A stretch of 64,000 bases of DNA from Eledone cirrhosa (taxonomy: Eukaryota): the NCBI GenBank assembly GCA_964016885.1, contig OZ024743.1:357058001-357122000 (forward strand), given 5' to 3'. Position 1 is the stretch's first letter. Each line of letters begins with the position of its first letter. Below are positions 60,135 through 64,000 of this stretch, one piece after another. The notes under the pieces were generated by a model, which had not been told where the DNA came from, searched no databases, and was given only the letters and a program-made list of their open reading frames with translations. A program made the position numbers and the translations under genes.

Positions 60135-60181
<47 letters not shown>

Positions 60182-60297
60182 TGGTGTGTTTATGTATGGA
60201 TATATATATATATGTGTGTATGTGTGTGTATATGTGTCTCTGTGTATATATGTGTATATATGCGTGTATATATGTGTATATATATATATATATATGA

Positions 60298-60515
60298 AGG
60301 CGTGTGGCTGAGTGGTTAGAGAATTGGATTCACAATCGTAAGGTTGTGAGTTCGATTCCTGGACCAGGCGATGCGTTATGTCCTTGAGCAAGACACTTTA
60401 TTTCACGTTGCTCCTTCTACCTGGAGTTGCGACCGATAGATAGTATTAGCAATTGGAAAGACCAACGGAAACATTGTTCCCTCGGTCCGATTTGACGAAA
60501 GTCGATCGTCTTCCT
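60298..60515 (+). mobile_element. CORE-like tRNA-derived SINE (partial inverted copy at 11515-11662)
   Basis: tggctgagtgg A-box, gagttcgattcc B-box, gtccttgagcaagacacttta core. Confidence 0.8.
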
Positions 60516-60694
60516 ATATGTGTGTATATGTGAGTGTGTGTGCGTGTGTGCGTGAGTGTGTGTACGTGTGTGTTGTTATATATTCTTATTTATTATTATT
60601 CTCCCCCCCCCCCCTTATTTTTCCTCCAGCCTCACTTTCATATCTGTTATATTCTTGTTTTTCAAATCCTCTGTCAATAAAGACACCAGGATTT

Positions 60695-60755
60695 TTTAAT
60701 TCTGATGAATGAAAGCAATTTTGGTTGCTTTCAAGAAACCACTGGTAAATGAAAC
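60695..60755 (+). ncRNA. Type I hammerhead ribozyme in a PLE-type pLTR remnant (~60580-60800)
   Basis: att-CTGATGA-a-tgaaagcaa-ttttgg-ttgctttca-a-GAAA-ccactgg-TA-aat, with a 9-bp stem II and a GUA cleavage triplet. Confidence 0.78.
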
Positions 60756-60804
60756 CACTGGTAAATGAAATAATTATCTTATGTTGTTTGTTACATAACT
60801 ATAT

Positions 60805-60924
<120 letters not shown>

Positions 60925-60959
60925 ATATACATATATATACATATATATATATATATATG

Positions 60960-60994
<35 letters not shown>

Positions 60995-60995
60995 G

Positions 60996-61065
<70 letters not shown>

Positions 61066-61088
61066 TATATATATATATATAAATATAT

Positions 61089-61148
<60 letters not shown>

Positions 61149-61293
61149 GCAGGACGTACATTTGGACATCAAGAAACAAAAAGTGAAATTAAAAGTTGAT
61201 ATACTTGTGAACGCCTAAAACGAATGTTTCACGATGTATTTACTATGTATATATATATATTATACATGTGTGCGTGTGTGTGTGTGTGTGTGT

Positions 61294-61328
<35 letters not shown>

Positions 61329-61719
61329 CGTGTGCGTGTGCGTGTGTGTGTGTGTGCGTGTGTGTGTGTGTGTGCGTACTTACGTGCTTCCTTGCGAGTG
61401 TGCAAGTATTTCTGAGTGTGATGTTTTGTGTGAAGGCAAAGTTTGTCCACGGAAGCAATAGGAACAACATAAAAACATGGTAATCACCATCCCCACCATC
61501 CCCACCTTCCTCATCATCGTCGTCGTCGTCGTCGTCATCATCAGCATCATCATCAGCAGCAGCAAGAGCGTTATCAACAATCCCCGCTCCTCACCCAGTC
61601 GTCCACCCCCTTAACAGCCCTATACCCTATACCACAACATTGACCATGTCGGGGCAACTAATTGTTAGAAAATTGTTGGGAGTACAGGATAAAACGATGG
61701 GAAGGGAAGGGATTGAGTT

Positions 61720-63080
61720 GGTGATGGTGGTGGAGATGGAGGTGGTGGTGGTGGTGGTGGAGATGGTGGAGATGGTGGTGGAGATGGAGGTGGTGGAGAT
61801 GGTGGTGGAGATGGTGGTGATGGAGGTGATGGTGGTGGAGATGGAGGTGGTGGTGATGGTGGTGGAGATGGAGGTGGTGGTGATGGTGGTGGAGATGGAG
61901 GTGGTGGAGATGGTGGTGGAGATGGTGGTGATGGAGGTGGAGATGGAGGTGGTGGTGATGGTGGTGGAGATGGAGGTGGTGGTGATGGTGGTGGAGATGG
62001 AGGTGATGGTGGTGGAGATGGAGGTGGAGATGGAGGTGGTGGAGATGGAGGTGATGGTGGTGGAGATGGTGGTGATGGTGGTGATGGTGGTGATGGTGGT
62101 GGAGATGGAGGTGGTGGTGATGGTGGTGGAGATGGAGGTGGTGGAGGTGATGGTGGTGGAGATGGAGGTGGTGGTGATGGTGGTGGAGGTGATGGTGGTG
62201 GAGATGGAGGTGGTGGTGATGGTGGTGGAGATGGAGGTGATAGTGGTGGAGATGGAGGTGATAGTGGTGGAGATGGAGATGGAGGTGATGGTGGTGGAGA
62301 TGGAGATGATGTTGGTGGAGATGGTGGTGATGGAGGTGATGGTGGTGATGGTGGTGATGGTGGTGGAGATGGAGGTGGTGGTGATGGAGATGGAGGTGGT
62401 GGTGATGGTGGTGGAGATGGTGGTGATGGAGGTGATGGTGGTGGAGATGGAGGTGGTGGTGATGGTGGTGGAGATGGAGGTGGTGGTGATGGTGGTGGAG
62501 ATGGAGGTGATGGTGGTGGAGATGGAGGTGATGGTGGTGGAGATGGAGGTGATGGAGATGGAGGTGGAGTTGGAGGTGATGGTAGTGGAAGTAGGGTGAT
62601 GGTGGTGCTGGTAGTGGAAGTAAGGTGATGATGGAAGTAGGGTGATGGTGATGGTGGGGTGGTAGTGGTGGAAGTAAGGTGATAGTGGGGTAGTAGTAGA
62701 AGTAGGGTGATGGTGATGGAGATGGAGGTGATGGTGGGGCGATGGAGATGGGGTGATAGTGGTGATGGAGGTAGGGTGACAGTGGGGTGATGGTGGGGGT
62801 GATAGAGGTGGTGGTGGTGGAAGTAAGGTGATAGCGGGGAGGTAGTGGAAGTAGGGTGATAGTGGGTGATAGTGGTGATGGAGGTGGGGTGATAGTGGTG
62901 ATGGTGGTAGGGTGACAGTGGGGTGATGGTGAGGGTGACAGTGGGGTGATGGTGGGGGTGATAGAGGTGGTGGTGGGGTGATAGTGGTGGAAGTAGGGTG
63001 ATGGAGGTGGGGTGATAGAGGTAGGTGATGGGGGGGGGGGTGATAGAGGTAGGATGATGGTGGACGTGGTAGGGTGATGG
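61720..63080. repeat. (GGT/GAT/GGA)n low-complexity array
   Basis: gtgatggtggtggagatggag units. Confidence 0.9.
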
Positions 63081-63870
63081 ACGTGGTGGAAGGGTCATAG
63101 GATGATGTGAGTTGAAGGAACTGATACACACGGAGGGGGGGGGGGGGTATATATATATTGTTGTGGAGGCAACGGTGGAGGTAATGGTGATGATGTCGTA
63201 ATAGAGAGAACAGGGTGTGGTGTGGTAGGGGGGTAAGATGTTGGTGAAGTTTTAGAGGTTTATATTAGTAATGGCTAAGGTGATATTGAGGGTGGCAACT
63301 GTGGTGGTAGCGGCGGTGGTGGTGGGTGGCTACTAACTGAAGGAACTGATACGCACGCCAGTCTGTGGTGTATGTGTTGCTGTTGTTGTTGTTGCTGTTG
63401 CCATCATGGTGATGGTGTTTGTGGTGATGGTGTTTGTGGTGATGGTGTTTGTGGTGATGGTGTTTGTGGTGATGATGATGGAGTAATGGTGGTTGTGTCG
63501 TTTTGAGTTGTAGTGACGGTGACTATGGCGATAGTAATAGATGTGGAGGTAGTGGTGTCTAGGGTGGGGTGTCAACGGTGATTATGGTGGTGGTGGTGGT
63601 GGTGGTGAAGAGATTTGATAGCGATAGGAAGTTGTAAAGAGTGTCGAATTGCCCCCCCGCTGCCGTCGCCGCCGCCGCCGCTAGCATCCCCACCACCGCG
63701 ACAGAAAATTTGAGGCCAGAGGGAAGTTTATACCATTAGACGTGTAGAGATGTGGGGGGGGGGGGAGGTCTGCAGATTAAAGTGTTGTGGAGGGAAGCTG
63801 ACGGCTGCATGTATTCTCCTTGTGCCAACCTTGTTATCACCAACAGATACACGCACACACACAGACACAG

Positions 63871-63921
<51 letters not shown>

Positions 63922-64000
63922 CAACGGCGGTGCCCCAGCATGGCCCCAACCAATCGGCTGGAACAAGTAGTGGAACACACATACAAATATATATATATAT

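Noticed and set aside
61627-63131. Extensin-like SPPPP and mucin-like ORFs
   Set aside because: A simple (GGT/GAT/GGA) array open in multiple frames on both strands, with no signal peptide or gene context.

Overview
This is eukaryotic, AT-rich, repeat-saturated DNA. The SINE types and microsatellite density suggest an octopus or other cephalopod genome (inference). Almost all listed ORFs are translation artefacts of (TA)n, (CA)n, (GA)n and (GGT)n repeats, and no host gene can be called with confidence. The one real long protein-coding unit is a nearly intact Penelope-like retroelement (PLE) at 27441-33125. It encodes an RT plus a C-terminal GIY-YIG endonuclease with a CxCx5Cx5C linker, typical of the Hydra clade, and has a single in-frame stop. 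It is framed by ~1 kb direct pseudo-LTRs plus a 5' inverted pseudo-LTR, each carrying a hammerhead ribozyme. The main hidden structure is a dense set of short elements of unrelated sequence, mostly in (TA)n tracts. Seven have long inverted arms plus an unpaired 40-125 nt tail. About ten different hammerhead ribozyme cores (CTGANGA...GAAA) occur across the window, five of them with convincing stems I-III. Also present are an internally deleted mariner, hAT and pogo/Tigger MITEs, a Helitron-like element, RTE and CRE LINE remnants (one RTE with a twin-priming-type 5' inversion), many tRNA-derived SINEs, a 600-bp dispersed repeat inserted in TACA/TA tracts, and several minisatellites. Coordinates were read by eye and may be off by a few bases.
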